From: Candidatus Krumholzibacteriia bacterium
Lineage (GTDB): Bacteria; Krumholzibacteriota; Krumholzibacteriia; Krumholzibacteriales; Krumholzibacteriaceae
Length of the DNA: 64,000 nucleotides
NCBI GenBank assembly: GCA_025453655.1
Contig: JALOPX010000001.1
Span: 1,376 to 65,375, forward strand
Direction: 5' to 3'
Shown here: positions 46,886 to 61,672 of the stretch, piece by piece
How positions within the stretch are numbered: position 1 is the stretch's first letter
How the letters are laid out: each line of letters opens with the position of its first letter
Translations under genes and position numbers: made by a program
The notes under the pieces: model-generated
What the model saw: the letters and a program-made list of their open reading frames with translations, nothing else
The model's database searches: none
What the model was told of the DNA's origin: nothing

Positions 46886-47116
46886 TCAGCGAAGCGGGTC
46901 GTGCCCGCCGGCATTGAAGGGGTGGCATCTCAGGATGCGCCACAGCGCCAGGCGCGAGCCCCTGAAGAATCCGTAACGACTCAGGGCCTCCTCGGCGTAC
47001 TGTGAACAGGAAGGCGTGAACCTGCAGGCCGGTGCGTGATACGGGGAGATAGCTGTTCTGTATAGTCTGACGGCCAAGAGGCCGACCCGCGTCAGAATCC
47101 TGGATATCATCCGCAA
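46886..47116 (-). CDS. yidD: Membrane protein insertion efficiency factor YidD
   Basis: YidD signature YRTAISPY...CRFTPSCSQYA. Confidence 0.85.
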   Translation of the reverse strand: MRMISRILTRVGLLAVRLYRTAISPYHAPACRFTPSCSQYAEEALSRYGFFRGSRLALWRILRCHPFNAGGHDPLR

Positions 47117-47454
47117 TTTGATATCAGTCCGGCCCTCACGAGAGAGCGTTCCACATCTTCCAACAGTTCCTGAAATGACGTCTCCTCAGGACGAAATGAG
47201 GCAATAAACACTATCCAGATATTTTTCTCGTTGATCCTGTCCCGCAGCTTTCTGAATATTTCCCTCATCAGCCTTTTCGCCCTGTTTCGCTGACAAGCCT
47301 TGCCCACTCTTTTTTTGCTCGCAACAAAACCTGCGGACGGCCCTTCGCATTCTGCTCTGAGATAGAGAACGGTGATCCTTTTGCCGGCTTCCCTTCGCCC
47401 TTCGCGGTATACGAGCCTGAACTGGCTGTCCTTCTTCAGTCCTTCGGCCGCCAT
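47107..47454 (-). CDS. rnpA: RNase P protein component
   Basis: RnpA motif region (..RNRAKRLMRE..). Confidence 0.85.
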   Translation of the reverse strand: MAAEGLKKDSQFRLVYREGRREAGKRITVLYLRAECEGPSAGFVASKKRVGKACQRNRAKRLMREIFRKLRDRINEKNIWIVFIASFRPEETSFQELLEDVERSLVRAGLISNCG

Positions 47455-47494
47455 CGGGCTGGGCCTTCCTTCCGGTCCGCGCCGGACGCCCGGC

Positions 47495-47629
47495 CTATAC
47501 GGTAAGGCGCTTTCTTCCCCTGGTTCTTCTTCTCTTCAGAACATCGCGGCCCGTGGCCGTGCTCATTCTTTTCCTGAACCCGTGAGTTTTTTTCCGTCTC
47601 TTGTTATGCGGTTGAAATGTGCGTTTCAT
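47495..47629 (-). CDS. rpmH: 50S ribosomal protein L34
   Basis: [44 protein letters not shown]. Start set at the internal ATG; the track ORF is over-extended. Confidence 0.9.
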   Translation of the reverse strand: MKRTFQPHNKRRKKTHGFRKRMSTATGRDVLKRRRTRGRKRLTV

Positions 47630-48053
47630 CGGTCCAACCTCTTGTTGATATATATCCCGGCGCTTTATACATAAACAACAAAGAATAGAAACCGGGCCCC
47701 TCCTTGTCAAGTCTTTTATGCCCCCCTCGGATAACTCTTTTGTTTCCGGCCTGTTCCGGCACGCCATTTCGCGAATTAATTCAGCCCTTCACGATCGGGA
47801 TGCTTTTACCTCCGCCGCCTTTGTCGTATCTGCTTGCCCGGCTGGATATTATAAATATTTTCCCCCTTTGTGCAAAAAATTCTTGATATGCATTTTTCCC
47901 TATGATACATTACCGTCCGCGGGATGGGGGGAGTATCAAAACCGGGGGCCTTTCTACCGGATCACATTGTTCCCCTGCTTGGAGATTGTGGAAAAAGCTC
48001 TGACATCATATTAACAAGCCCGCCGTTTTTGTTGTAATAATTGAAATTGCCGA

Positions 48054-48075
48054 GTTATCCACAATTGTGGATAAC
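48054..48075. promoter_or_regulatory. Two inverted perfect DnaA boxes forming a 22-bp palindrome in the dnaA promoter / leader
   Basis: GTTATCCACAATTGTGGATAAC contains TTATCCACA and TGTGGATAA (both 9 of 9). It lies ~60 nt upstream of the dnaA ATG. An AT-rich tract at 47845-47915 and partial boxes at 47976 (TGTGGAAAA) and 47730 (GGATAAC) lie upstream. Confidence 0.7.
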
Positions 48076-48135
48076 CTGGATTTTTGGAGAGCGCCTGTCT
48101 TTCCACGGGGATATTTTTTTCTTGTGCGGGGCTCG

Positions 48136-49500
48136 ATGAGCGCGGAAAAAGAACTGAACGCGATCGATCTTTCCAGGATCTGGGCGGAGATTCTCGCCCT
48201 TTTGAAGGATAAGGTCAACGCCCAGAGTTACCAGACCTGGTTCGAGCCGACACGTCTCGTCAGCTTCGAGCAGGGTGTCATCGTGATCCAGGGCCCGAAT
48301 TCCTTTTTCATAGACTGGCTGGCCGAGCATCACGTCGACAGAATAAGCTCCGCCGCCGCCACGGTGCTGGGAGAACCCGTCGCCGTGGAGTTCACATCTC
48401 CTTCTCCCGCAAGGAGTTCGCGTATTCACGCTCCGCTCGAGCGGTCGACCCTGGTCAGAAACCCCGTCATTCTCCCCAACAAGGTTCAGCTCAACGGCAG
48501 GTATACCTTCGGCGAATTCGTCGTGGGAAACGGCAACCGGCTCGCCCACGCGGCGGCCCTCGCCGTGGCCGAAAAGCCGGCTAAAACCTATAACCCGCTC
48601 TTCATCTACGGGGGGCCCGGGCTCGGCAAGACCCATTTAATACAGGCGATAGGCCATTTCGTCCTTCAGGAGCATCCGGGCATGCGAATCTCTTACGTCT
48701 CGACGGAGAGCTTCGTCAACGAGCTTATCCACGCCATCAGGACGGGCGTAACTCTCGAATTCAAAGAAAGATACAGGAACGTCGACATTCTCTTGATCGA
48801 CGACATACATTTCCTTGCCGGCAAGGAAAGGACCCAGGAGGAGTTCTTTTTCACCTTCAACGCCCTGCACGACTCCAACAAGCAGATCGTCTGCACGAGC
48901 GACAGGCCCCCGAAGGAGATCCCGACCCTCCAGGAGCGCCTCACCTCGAGGTTCGAATGGGGCCTTATAACCGACATACAGCCTCCCGACTTCGAGACGC
49001 GCGTCGCGATCCTCCGGAAAAAGATCGAGAACGAGCATATTCCCATCCCCGACAGCGTCATCACGCTGATAGCGGAGAACGTCAAGAGCAACACGCGCGA
49101 GCTCGAGGGCTCCCTTATCAGGATCCTCGCGTGCGCCAGCCTCACGAACAGGGACATAAACGTCGACATGGCCCGGGAGATCATCCAGGACATCGTCAAG
49201 GGCCCGGAAAAGAACCTGACGATCCAGACGATTCAAAACGCCGCCGCCAGATGCTTCGACGTCCCCGCCGACAGCCTCCGCGCGAAGACGAGGATCGGAA
49301 GGGTCGTCGTCGCGAGGCACGTAGCCATCTATCTCTCGCGCGAGCTCACCTCCTTCTCCCTCGTTCAGATCGGCGCAAAATTCGGCGGACGCGACCACAG
49401 CACGGTCCTGCATTCGTGCAGGAAGATAGAGCGCGAATGCGCCACCGACGCCTCCCTCGCGAGAAAGATCGAGAATCTCCGCGAAGAGCTCTCTTCGTGA
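48136..49500 (+). CDS. dnaA: Chromosomal replication initiator DnaA
   Basis: N-terminus MSAEKELNAIDLSRIWAEIL, AAA+ Walker A GGPGLGKTHL, sensor motifs and a C-terminal DNA-binding domain IV. Start set at the ATG at 48136; the track start (GTG 48067) lies inside the DnaA-box palindrome. Confidence 0.9.
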   Translation: MSAEKELNAIDLSRIWAEILALLKDKVNAQSYQTWFEPTRLVSFEQGVIVIQGPNSFFIDWLAEHHVDRISSAAATVLGEPVAVEFTSPSPARSSRIHAPLERSTLVRNPVILPNKVQLNGRYTFGEFVVGNGNRLAHAAALAVAEKPAKTYNPLFIYGGPGLGKTHLIQAIGHFVLQEHPGMRISYVSTESFVNELIHAIRTGVTLEFKERYRNVDILLIDDIHFLAGKERTQEEFFFTFNALHDSNKQIVCTSDRPPKEIPTLQERLTSRFEWGLITDIQPPDFETRVAILRKKIENEHIPIPDSVITLIAENVKSNTRELEGSLIRILACASLTNRDINVDMAREIIQDIVKGPEKNLTIQTIQNAAARCFDVPADSLRAKTRIGRVVVARHVAIYLSRELTSFSLVQIGAKFGGRDHSTVLHSCRKIERECATDASLARKIENLREELSS

Positions 49501-49894
49501 ACCGTCGCGACGCTTCCCCGGAACCCTTTTCGCCCCCGCCCCGTTATCCACAAATCGATGTTGATGGATTGTTGAGACGCGCGGACAACCCGGGGGTTGT
49601 TTGCCGATGTTCACAACCCGGGCCTTTTCCACCATCCCCTCAACATGCCCCGGGAGAGGTTTTCAGCCCCGGCGCGGCGCCTTTCGCGACGTTCCATAAA
49701 CATATCCACACACCCTTCCACTTCTTCTGTTTTTATATTAACCGTACCGAAGCAGGGAACCGGTTGTTGACAATTTTCGTCAGACCAATTTTTCTTGTAA
49801 ATGTCCCTTGTTTGGCTTATCCTCATTTTCTCCGAAGAAGTCACGGAGTTAAAAAATATCGAAACATGGAAAAAGGGCACCAGGAGGTAGTGGT
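49501..49894. other. Candidate oriC (dnaA-dnaN intergenic): DnaA-box cluster plus AT-rich unwinding element
   Basis: Boxes TTATCCACA at 49544-49552 (9 of 9), ATATCCACA at 49702-49710 (8 of 9) and TTATCCTCA at 49817-49825 (8 of 9). AT-rich tracts at 49730-49800 and 49850-49880. A repeated ACAACCCGGG motif at 49585-49622. Confidence 0.5.
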
Positions 49895-51001
49895 GTGAAG
49901 ATCACAGTCCCGCTGGCGGAATTGAGCAGGAAGATGAACGCGATTTCGACGGTCGTTCCCAACAGGACGACCATGCCGATACTTTCAATGGCCCTCGTGT
50001 CGGCGGACGAAACCGGAATTTCATTTTCCGCGACGGACCTCGACATATCCGTTACGTCGAGGGTCAACGGGACGATCGACGAAAACGGCAGGCTTGCCGT
50101 GCCGGCGAAGAAGATCGCGGAGATAGTCAAATCGCTTCAGGGCGGCGACGTGAAGATGGAGGCGGAAGGGGAGAAGCTCACGATAAAATGCGGCAAAAGC
50201 AAATTTGTGGTCAATGGAAGAAGCGCTGACGATTTCCCCAAGCTGCCGAAACAGGACGGAAAGACGGAGTTCACCATCGCCTCCGGAGTCCTGGGGAAAC
50301 TCATACACAAGACGATATACGCCGTGTCGACGGATCTGACGAGACCGGCCCTTTGCGGGGTCAAATGGGAGGTCGACAAGTCGGGCCTCGTGATGGTCTC
50401 GACGGACGGGCACAGGCTGGCGAAGGTGGAGATGAAAAGCTCCCTCGGAGACATCCAGAGGGCCGACGTCATCGTCCCGCCGAAAGCCCTCGCGACCTTC
50501 AGGGCGTACTCGGAAAAGGAAGAGTCGATCAAAATCAACATCGGGGACAACAGCATCTCCTTCGACATGGACGAGGTGATGATCTACTCGAGGCTTCTCG
50601 AGGGGCCATTCCCGAATTATCAGAAGGTCATCCCCTCGAAAAACGCGAAGGAGCTTCTCGTGTCGAGGGAATCCCTGTCGGCCGCGACGAAAAGAGTCTC
50701 GATCCTCTCCGACGCCCTGACGCACCAGGTCATCTTCTCGCTTAAGAAGAATCTTCTCACGCTGCACGTGACGACTCAGGATCTCGGGGAGGCGAGGGAG
50801 GAGATAGACGCGACGTGGTCCGACGACGAGATGGAGATAGCCTACAACGCCGCGTACGTGCAGGACATCCTGAGGACGATCGAAGCCGAGGAAATAGCCT
50901 TCAATCTCGACAGGCCGGACAACGCGGCGGTCGTGATGCCGGTGGAACAGGGCGGGGATATAAAGCAACTCTGCATCGTCATGCCGTTGAGAATAAATTG
51001 A
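49895..51001 (+). CDS. dnaN: DNA polymerase III beta sliding clamp
   Basis: Three-domain clamp. GTG start 6 nt after AGGAGGT. Confidence 0.9.
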   Translation: MKITVPLAELSRKMNAISTVVPNRTTMPILSMALVSADETGISFSATDLDISVTSRVNGTIDENGRLAVPAKKIAEIVKSLQGGDVKMEAEGEKLTIKCGKSKFVVNGRSADDFPKLPKQDGKTEFTIASGVLGKLIHKTIYAVSTDLTRPALCGVKWEVDKSGLVMVSTDGHRLAKVEMKSSLGDIQRADVIVPPKALATFRAYSEKEESIKINIGDNSISFDMDEVMIYSRLLEGPFPNYQKVIPSKNAKELLVSRESLSAATKRVSILSDALTHQVIFSLKKNLLTLHVTTQDLGEAREEIDATWSDDEMEIAYNAAYVQDILRTIEAEEIAFNLDRPDNAAVVMPVEQGGDIKQLCIVMPLRIN

Positions 51002-51035
51002 GGCGCGGGACGGGCGGGAAGTGCGGTGAGAGGGC

Positions 51036-52187
51036 GTGATCGTAAAAAGCCTCCATGCCGGTAATTTTCGAAACATCCGTTCAGCGGACGTGGAATTTTC
51101 CGAGACCTTCAATTTCATCGTCGGGGGCAACGCGCAGGGGAAAACCAACCTGCTCGAGGCCCTTCACATGTTTTCCCTCGGAAGATCCTTCAGGACTAGG
51201 CGCTCCGACGAGCTGATAGCCTTCGGGGAGGATTTCCTCTTTCTGAAGCTCCGGGGGCTGAGCGACTCGGGGGTCGGGTTCACGCTCGACCTGGGGCTGG
51301 AGAGGGGCGGAAGGGTGACGGCCTCCGCGAACGGAGGGAGGCTGCCGGGGCTTTCGGAGATCATCGGGATGATACCCTCCGTGATCTTCGCGCCGGGCGA
51401 CGTCGAGCTTTCGAGCGGGCCGCCGGCGGGGCGTAGGCTCTACATGGATTACACCGCGGCGCAGGTTTCGCCGCCCTTCCTTTCCGACCTGAAGGAATAC
51501 AGGAGGGCGCTGGGGCAGAGAAACGTGCTGCTGAAAAGGATGCAGGGGGAGGCCCGGGAAAGGCGCGACCCGGAGGACGGCCGGTCGCGGCGGGCGCAGC
51601 TCGATGCCTGGGACGCGATGCTCGCGGAGAAGGGGGCCGGCGTGGTGGCGGGGCGAAGGGAGATCCTCTCGGCGGTGGCGCCGGCGGCGCGCGGGATATT
51701 CGCCGAGATGGCGCCGGGCGCGGGCGACCTCGGGCTTTCGTACCATTGCTCCTTCGACGAGGGGGAAGGGGGCCGGCCTTCTGTCAGGGAAGCCCTTTCC
51801 GCGGCCCTTTTGCGCGGCCGCGAGGCGGACAGGCGGAAGGGGTTCACGGGAACCGGGCCCCATTGCGACGACATGACGATACGGCTGGGGGACGTCGACC
51901 TCAGAAGGTTCGGCTCGCAGGGCCGGAAGAGGCTCGCGGCGATAGCGCTGAAGCTCGCCCAGGCGGAGGTCATAATGGAGCGGCGGTCGGAAAGGCCGGT
52001 CGTGCTTCTCGACGACATCTTCTCGGAGCTGGATTCGGCGACGGCATGCAGGGTCCGGGGGCTCCTTTCGGGCAGATACCAGAGCTTCGTCACCTCTCCG
52101 AAACTGTCCGATCTCGGGGAATGCCCCGGCGGAGGGATCGTGATAAAGGTCGAAAACGGCGCCCTGAGCACAGGGGTACGGGCCTGA
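51036..52187 (+). CDS. recF: DNA replication and repair protein RecF
   Basis: Walker A GGNAQGKTNLLEAL, an SMC-like signature and Walker B VVLLDDIFSELD. GTG start. Confidence 0.9.
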   Translation: MIVKSLHAGNFRNIRSADVEFSETFNFIVGGNAQGKTNLLEALHMFSLGRSFRTRRSDELIAFGEDFLFLKLRGLSDSGVGFTLDLGLERGGRVTASANGGRLPGLSEIIGMIPSVIFAPGDVELSSGPPAGRRLYMDYTAAQVSPPFLSDLKEYRRALGQRNVLLKRMQGEARERRDPEDGRSRRAQLDAWDAMLAEKGAGVVAGRREILSAVAPAARGIFAEMAPGAGDLGLSYHCSFDEGEGGRPSVREALSAALLRGREADRRKGFTGTGPHCDDMTIRLGDVDLRRFGSQGRKRLAAIALKLAQAEVIMERRSERPVVLLDDIFSELDSATACRVRGLLSGRYQSFVTSPKLSDLGECPGGGIVIKVENGALSTGVRA

Positions 52188-52357
52188 CGAAAGGGGGGGC
52201 GCTCGGGCGGCGGACGGGATGCCCCCGCGGGGCGAAACCGCCGGTCGCCCCGGGGGGAAAAGGCCAGGCGCGCGGGCGCAAAATAGCGGCTTTTTTTGTT
52301 TATTTCCGCGCCCGTTAGTAATAGACTTCGTGGACGCGCAAACAGAGGGAGAGCGTC

Positions 52358-54596
<2,239 letters not shown>

Positions 54597-54703
54597 CGGG
54601 ATGGCGCAAGAATAACACGGCGTAAAGGGCGGCATTCGCGGGCTCTGAAGGAATGGTCTGAAGGCCGCGGGCCCGCGGAGGGAACCGGAGGAGGAACAGC
54701 TCG

Positions 54704-57289
<2,586 letters not shown>

Positions 57290-57380
57290 TTTCCCGGGAT
57301 CCGATCCAACCCCCCGAACGTCGCCGGCCCCGTATCTGTCGCGGGGTCGGCGCGAGGCGCGAAAGGCGCCATAGGCCAGG

Positions 57381-58712
57381 ATGCCCTTGTTTATTTCCAA
57401 TACAAGACAACCGGACGAGAAGGCGTGCCTTGTCGGCGTCAAGCTCCCGGGCTCGACGATGGATGAGGAGTGGAGAAACCTCAGGGAGCTCGAACAGCTC
57501 GCCCATGCCGCCGGCGCCGAGGTCGTGATGTCGACGGTCCAGCAGCGCACCAGAATCGACGGAACCAGCTACATAGGCAAGGGGAAGCTCGCCTGGCTCG
57601 CGGAAGAGATCCCCGCCAGGCAGATCAACCTGGTCATTTTCGACGATGACCTATCGCCCGCCCAGGCGAGGAATATCGAGGAATCCCTGAAGGTGAACGT
57701 CGTCGACAGGACCGAGCTCATCCTCGACATATTTTCAAGGCGCGCGAAAACAAAGCAGGCGAGCATACAGGTCGAGATCGCGCAACTGACCTACGCGCTG
57801 CCGAGGCTGACGCGGTTGTGGGAGCATCTCTCCCGCCAGGCGGGGGGGATCGGGACCAGGGGCCCGGGGGAGACGCAGCTCGAGGTGGACCGCAGAAAGA
57901 TCCGCGAAAGGATATCCCACCTGAAGAAGGAGCTTAAGAAGATCGAGGCGCAGGTCGTCCAGGGGCGAAAACAGCGCCGCGAAGCCTTTAACGTGACTCT
58001 GGCGGGATACACTAACGCCGGGAAATCGACCCTGCTGAACAGGCTTTCGGGAAGCGAAGTCCGCGCCGACGCCCAGCTTTTCTCGACCCTCGATTCCACG
58101 TCGCGGCGGGTCGAGCCCGAAGGCGGGGCGGCGTTCGTCCTGACCGACACGATCGGGTTCATCAGAAAGCTTCCGCCCCACCTGGTGGCGGGGTTCCGGG
58201 CGACGCTGATGGATGTCGAGGAGGCCGACCTTCTGCTGCATCTCGTCGACGCCTCGGAGCCGGGCAGCGAGGAACGGATAGCGGTGGTGAACGAGGTCCT
58301 GGGGGGCGTGATCGGGGGGCGGGACGGCGGCGGGAAGAAGGCGGGCGAGGCCGGGCTCATCCCGACCATTCTTGTTTTCAACAAGGCGGATAATCTCCCC
58401 GAAGGAATTTCGGCCGACAACCTGAGGGCGCGGCACCCCGGGGCCGTAGTCATCAGCGCCGCCACCGGCGAGGGGACGGGCGAGCTCCTCGCCGCGATCA
58501 AGGCCGAGATGGAAAAGGAGATGATCACCGCCGTGATCAGGATTCCCGCCGGGGACGGCAGGACGATAGCCATGCTTGAAGCCAACTCCACCGTCCGCCG
58601 GAGGGAGCTCGACGGGGAGACGATGGTCTTCGAGGCGAGCCTGAGAAGAAGGGACCTCGGAAGGATCGAAAGCTCGGGGGAGGCGGAGATCAGCATCGGC
58701 CGCGCGCAATGA
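57381..58712 (+). CDS. hflX: GTPase HflX
   Basis: HflX N-domain, G1 GYTNAGKSTL and G4 NKAD. Gly-rich insertion (GGVIGGRDGGGKKAGEAG) between G3 and G4. Confidence 0.85.
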   Translation: MPLFISNTRQPDEKACLVGVKLPGSTMDEEWRNLRELEQLAHAAGAEVVMSTVQQRTRIDGTSYIGKGKLAWLAEEIPARQINLVIFDDDLSPAQARNIEESLKVNVVDRTELILDIFSRRAKTKQASIQVEIAQLTYALPRLTRLWEHLSRQAGGIGTRGPGETQLEVDRRKIRERISHLKKELKKIEAQVVQGRKQRREAFNVTLAGYTNAGKSTLLNRLSGSEVRADAQLFSTLDSTSRRVEPEGGAAFVLTDTIGFIRKLPPHLVAGFRATLMDVEEADLLLHLVDASEPGSEERIAVVNEVLGGVIGGRDGGGKKAGEAGLIPTILVFNKADNLPEGISADNLRARHPGAVVISAATGEGTGELLAAIKAEMEKEMITAVIRIPAGDGRTIAMLEANSTVRRRELDGETMVFEASLRRRDLGRIESSGEAEISIGRAQ

Positions 58713-58820
58713 CGCCGCCTCTCCGCTCCGGGCGCGATTAGCACGAGAACGAAGGCCATCCGAAGCCATCCGAAGCCATGCGGACGCCGGCGCCTTCCGG
58801 CGCGGCAATTCAGGGGCGCC

Positions 58821-60101
58821 TTATTTCTTCATCTCCAGGCGGTTTTCCCTCAACTCGACAGCCGGGAACTTGTCCGCCAGCAGCCGGGCCCTCTCGTGGG
58901 TCAGGCGGCTCGAGACATTCCTTTCATAGCTGCGGTCGAGCTGGGTGACGATGAATCGCGACATCAATATGAAAAAGAGCGGAACGACGTAGGGCACCAG
59001 CCTTTTCCAGCGCTGGGACGCGATCAGGCGCGAGCAGTAAACCGCGCCCGCCGCGATCACCGACACGAATCCGATGGAAACGAGGTAGAGGTGCCTCATG
59101 TTGAGCCAGTCGTAGGGGAACTGGATGAAGGCGAAGGGGAGTATCATGATATACGTCCACGCTATGAAGAAGCGGATCGTCCTGTTGCCGAAGATGAACC
59201 CGAAGAACGAGTATGAAAGCACCGTCAACGCCAGCAGGATTCGTATTGTCGTGGCGAAACCGTAGACGAACCTCACCGCGCCCCCCGCCTCGGCCACGAG
59301 GCTCGAGGTGTGTATCGGGAAGATCATCCTGACGATGTAGTTGATCAGGTTCTTCCCCGAATAGAATATGAATTTCGCCGCGCCCGGATGGCTGCTGTAG
59401 AGCGGCGGGAAATAACCGAAAACCGCCGCCTTGAATATCAGGGAGGATACGGCGATGATAAGGAGCAGCAGCAGGTCCCTCCGGAAGACGGGCCGGCCGA
59501 TCTCCTTCCTGAAGAAATAATTGAACGCGGCGAGGGAACCGAGAATGGTGAAACTGTTGCTCCCGGTCAGCAGCGTGGCGACGAAAAAGAGGAGGGCCAG
59601 CATGTAATCGGCCGACAGCATGCGCCCCTTGTCCCGAAGCGCGGCGCGGAAATAGAAGATCATCGCGAGAAGAATCAGCGTCGTGGGGATCAAATCCTCG
59701 GACCCCGAGGAGATCATCACCGATTTGCCGTAGCTGCCGACGGTAAAGGCGAAAAGAAGCCCGGAGAGAAAAGAGACCACGCGATCCTTTAGAAGGGTGA
59801 TGACCAGCAGGTAGACGAGCAGGGAATTCAGGGCGTGCAGAAGTATGTTGAAAAGCATGTACCCCCTGGAGTCGAAAAGGAGCGATTTGAAAAGGAGGTA
59901 ATGCACGACGTTGACGAGCGGCTGGAAGATGAACGGGCCGTCGCAGGCGAACGCGGCGGACGGGTCGTCCATCATCATCAGGCTGTTCTCGAGCTTGATG
60001 TAATCCCTGCTGTTCCAGAACCCGTTGTCGAGCGAGAGCCCGAAGAAGAGCAGGCTGACGGCGATAAAGCACAAAAATACGAGCGCGGTTTTCCAAAGCA
60101 T
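58821..60101 (-). CDS. Polytopic integral membrane protein (~11-13 TM), possibly a GT-C-fold glycosyltransferase or polymerase; function unknown
   Basis: Highly hydrophobic with many predicted TM helices. No confident motif. Confidence 0.45.
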   Translation of the reverse strand: MLWKTALVFLCFIAVSLLFFGLSLDNGFWNSRDYIKLENSLMMMDDPSAAFACDGPFIFQPLVNVVHYLLFKSLLFDSRGYMLFNILLHALNSLLVYLLVITLLKDRVVSFLSGLLFAFTVGSYGKSVMISSGSEDLIPTTLILLAMIFYFRAALRDKGRMLSADYMLALLFFVATLLTGSNSFTILGSLAAFNYFFRKEIGRPVFRRDLLLLLIIAVSSLIFKAAVFGYFPPLYSSHPGAAKFIFYSGKNLINYIVRMIFPIHTSSLVAEAGGAVRFVYGFATTIRILLALTVLSYSFFGFIFGNRTIRFFIAWTYIMILPFAFIQFPYDWLNMRHLYLVSIGFVSVIAAGAVYCSRLIASQRWKRLVPYVVPLFFILMSRFIVTQLDRSYERNVSSRLTHERARLLADKFPAVELRENRLEMKK

Positions 60102-60204
60102 AATCGGTTTCCCCTCCGGCGGCTTCGGTGAATTATTTGAAACGGCGCAAGTATATCACCCCATGCTTCTGAAAGTGAATACCAATCAGAAACGGCGGAC
60201 AAAA

Positions 60205-61452
60205 TTAACCGTTAAGGAAAAGATTGGCCAGAACCTTCGAATCCCCGGCCATCCCCTCTATCGTGGTGTATTCGTTCGGCTGGTGGCAGGTGTCGTCGAT
60301 CTTCGACCAGACGACGGCATTGTACCCGTTACGCCTGAAGAAGGCGGCGACGGTCCCCCCGCCGATCCCCATCGGTTTCGGCTCGACGGCGTAAACCTCC
60401 CGGATCGCCTTCGACAGCGCGACGACGACCGGGGAATCCACCGGCGTGGCGGGCGCGGCGACCTCTTTCTGCACCGGCGCCGTCTCGATCTTCACGCCGA
60501 ATTCCTTTTCCACGCCGTCCGCAATCTTCCTGATCTCGCGGTCGACCTCGGCGAGGTCGATTCCCGGAAGGACGCGCATGTCGAGATAGAAGACGTCCTC
60601 GCCCGGGATCGTGTTCACGTTCGGGACGTTGGCCTCCTTCTTGGTCGCTTCGAAGGTGCTGATCGGCGGGTCGAAAACCTTGTCGCTCCTGTTGAAAATC
60701 CCGTAAAGGGCGTGAAGCCGGGTGATCAGGTGCGCCGCCGCGTAGTGGGCGTTGACGCCGGCGGCGGGGGTGGAGGCGTGGCACTGTTTCCCCTTCGTCA
60801 CGAATTTGAGCCAGTAGATCGATTTCTCGGCGACCTCTATCATCGCGCCGCTCGGCTCCCCGGCGTCCGGAACGACGACGAAATCGTCCTTCCCGAAATA
60901 TTCGCATTTTTCGAGCATGTAGCCGATGCCGTGCTCGCTCCCCGTCTCCTCGTCGGACACCAGGGCCACGCCGACGTCATACGGGAGCTCGAGCCCGGCC
61001 TCCTTTATCGCCTTGAGGGCGAAAAGGGCGATCACGATGGCGTGCTGATTGTCTTCCGTCCCGCGCCCGAACACCTTCCCGTCCTTCTCGACCACCTTGT
61101 AGGGATCGGTATCCCACTTGGCGAGGTCTCCCGGGGGGACGATGTCGATATGCCCCATGACCCAGATCCTCTTTTTATGGGAGGCGCCCTTCATTATCGC
61201 GGCGATGTTGGGGCGGACCCCCGAGGGGACCCTTCCGTCGGGCGCGTCGTAATGCGTTACGATGTCGAACCCGATCTCCCTGCTCATCCATTTTTCGATA
61301 TATGCCGCTTTCTCGGATTCCCCCAGGCCGTCGTTTTCCGGGCCGAGCGCGGGAATGGCCGTCATCCCGGCCTGAAGAGAGACCATCGCGGACTTGTAAC
61401 CGTCGATGAGACCATATACTTTTTTCATTTTCGAATCCATGGGCCCCCCCAA
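60205..61452 (-). CDS. M20-family metallopeptidase (ArgE/DapE/succinyl-diaminopimelate desuccinylase-like)
   Basis: Metal-binding motifs (GHIDIVP, ..DDKG.. context, HASTP) and a dimerisation domain. Confidence 0.75.
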   Translation of the reverse strand: MGGPMDSKMKKVYGLIDGYKSAMVSLQAGMTAIPALGPENDGLGESEKAAYIEKWMSREIGFDIVTHYDAPDGRVPSGVRPNIAAIMKGASHKKRIWVMGHIDIVPPGDLAKWDTDPYKVVEKDGKVFGRGTEDNQHAIVIALFALKAIKEAGLELPYDVGVALVSDEETGSEHGIGYMLEKCEYFGKDDFVVVPDAGEPSGAMIEVAEKSIYWLKFVTKGKQCHASTPAAGVNAHYAAAHLITRLHALYGIFNRSDKVFDPPISTFEATKKEANVPNVNTIPGEDVFYLDMRVLPGIDLAEVDREIRKIADGVEKEFGVKIETAPVQKEVAAPATPVDSPVVVALSKAIREVYAVEPKPMGIGGGTVAAFFRRNGYNAVVWSKIDDTCHQPNEYTTIEGMAGDSKVLANLFLNG

Positions 61453-61600
61453 TCTTCATGTCCGTTCGGGCGGCAGGCTCGCAAGCCGCCGCCGGCCGCC
61501 GATCTTCACAAGCGAATAATTATCATGGTCCTGCGCGGCGGTCAAGTTGTTTCGGGCCCGCGGTGGACGGAGGCGGCCAAGGGAGAAATTATTTTCACTA

Positions 61601-61630
61601 TTGACTTGCCGCACCCAAATCTGGTTTAAT
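61601..61630 (+). promoter_or_regulatory. Sigma-70-type promoter for the histidine kinase gene
   Basis: TTGACT, an 18-nt spacer and TTTAAT, ~40 nt upstream of the ATG at 61673. Confidence 0.45.
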
Positions 61631-61672
61631 ACAGCCTGACCGAACCAAGCGGGACAGGGGATTTAAATCAAC

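Noticed and set aside
58758-58777. Tandem decamer GCCATCCGAA x2 and a GC hairpin between hflX and the membrane protein gene
   Set aside because: Only two units and no T-run after the hairpin on either strand; most likely a trivial duplication.
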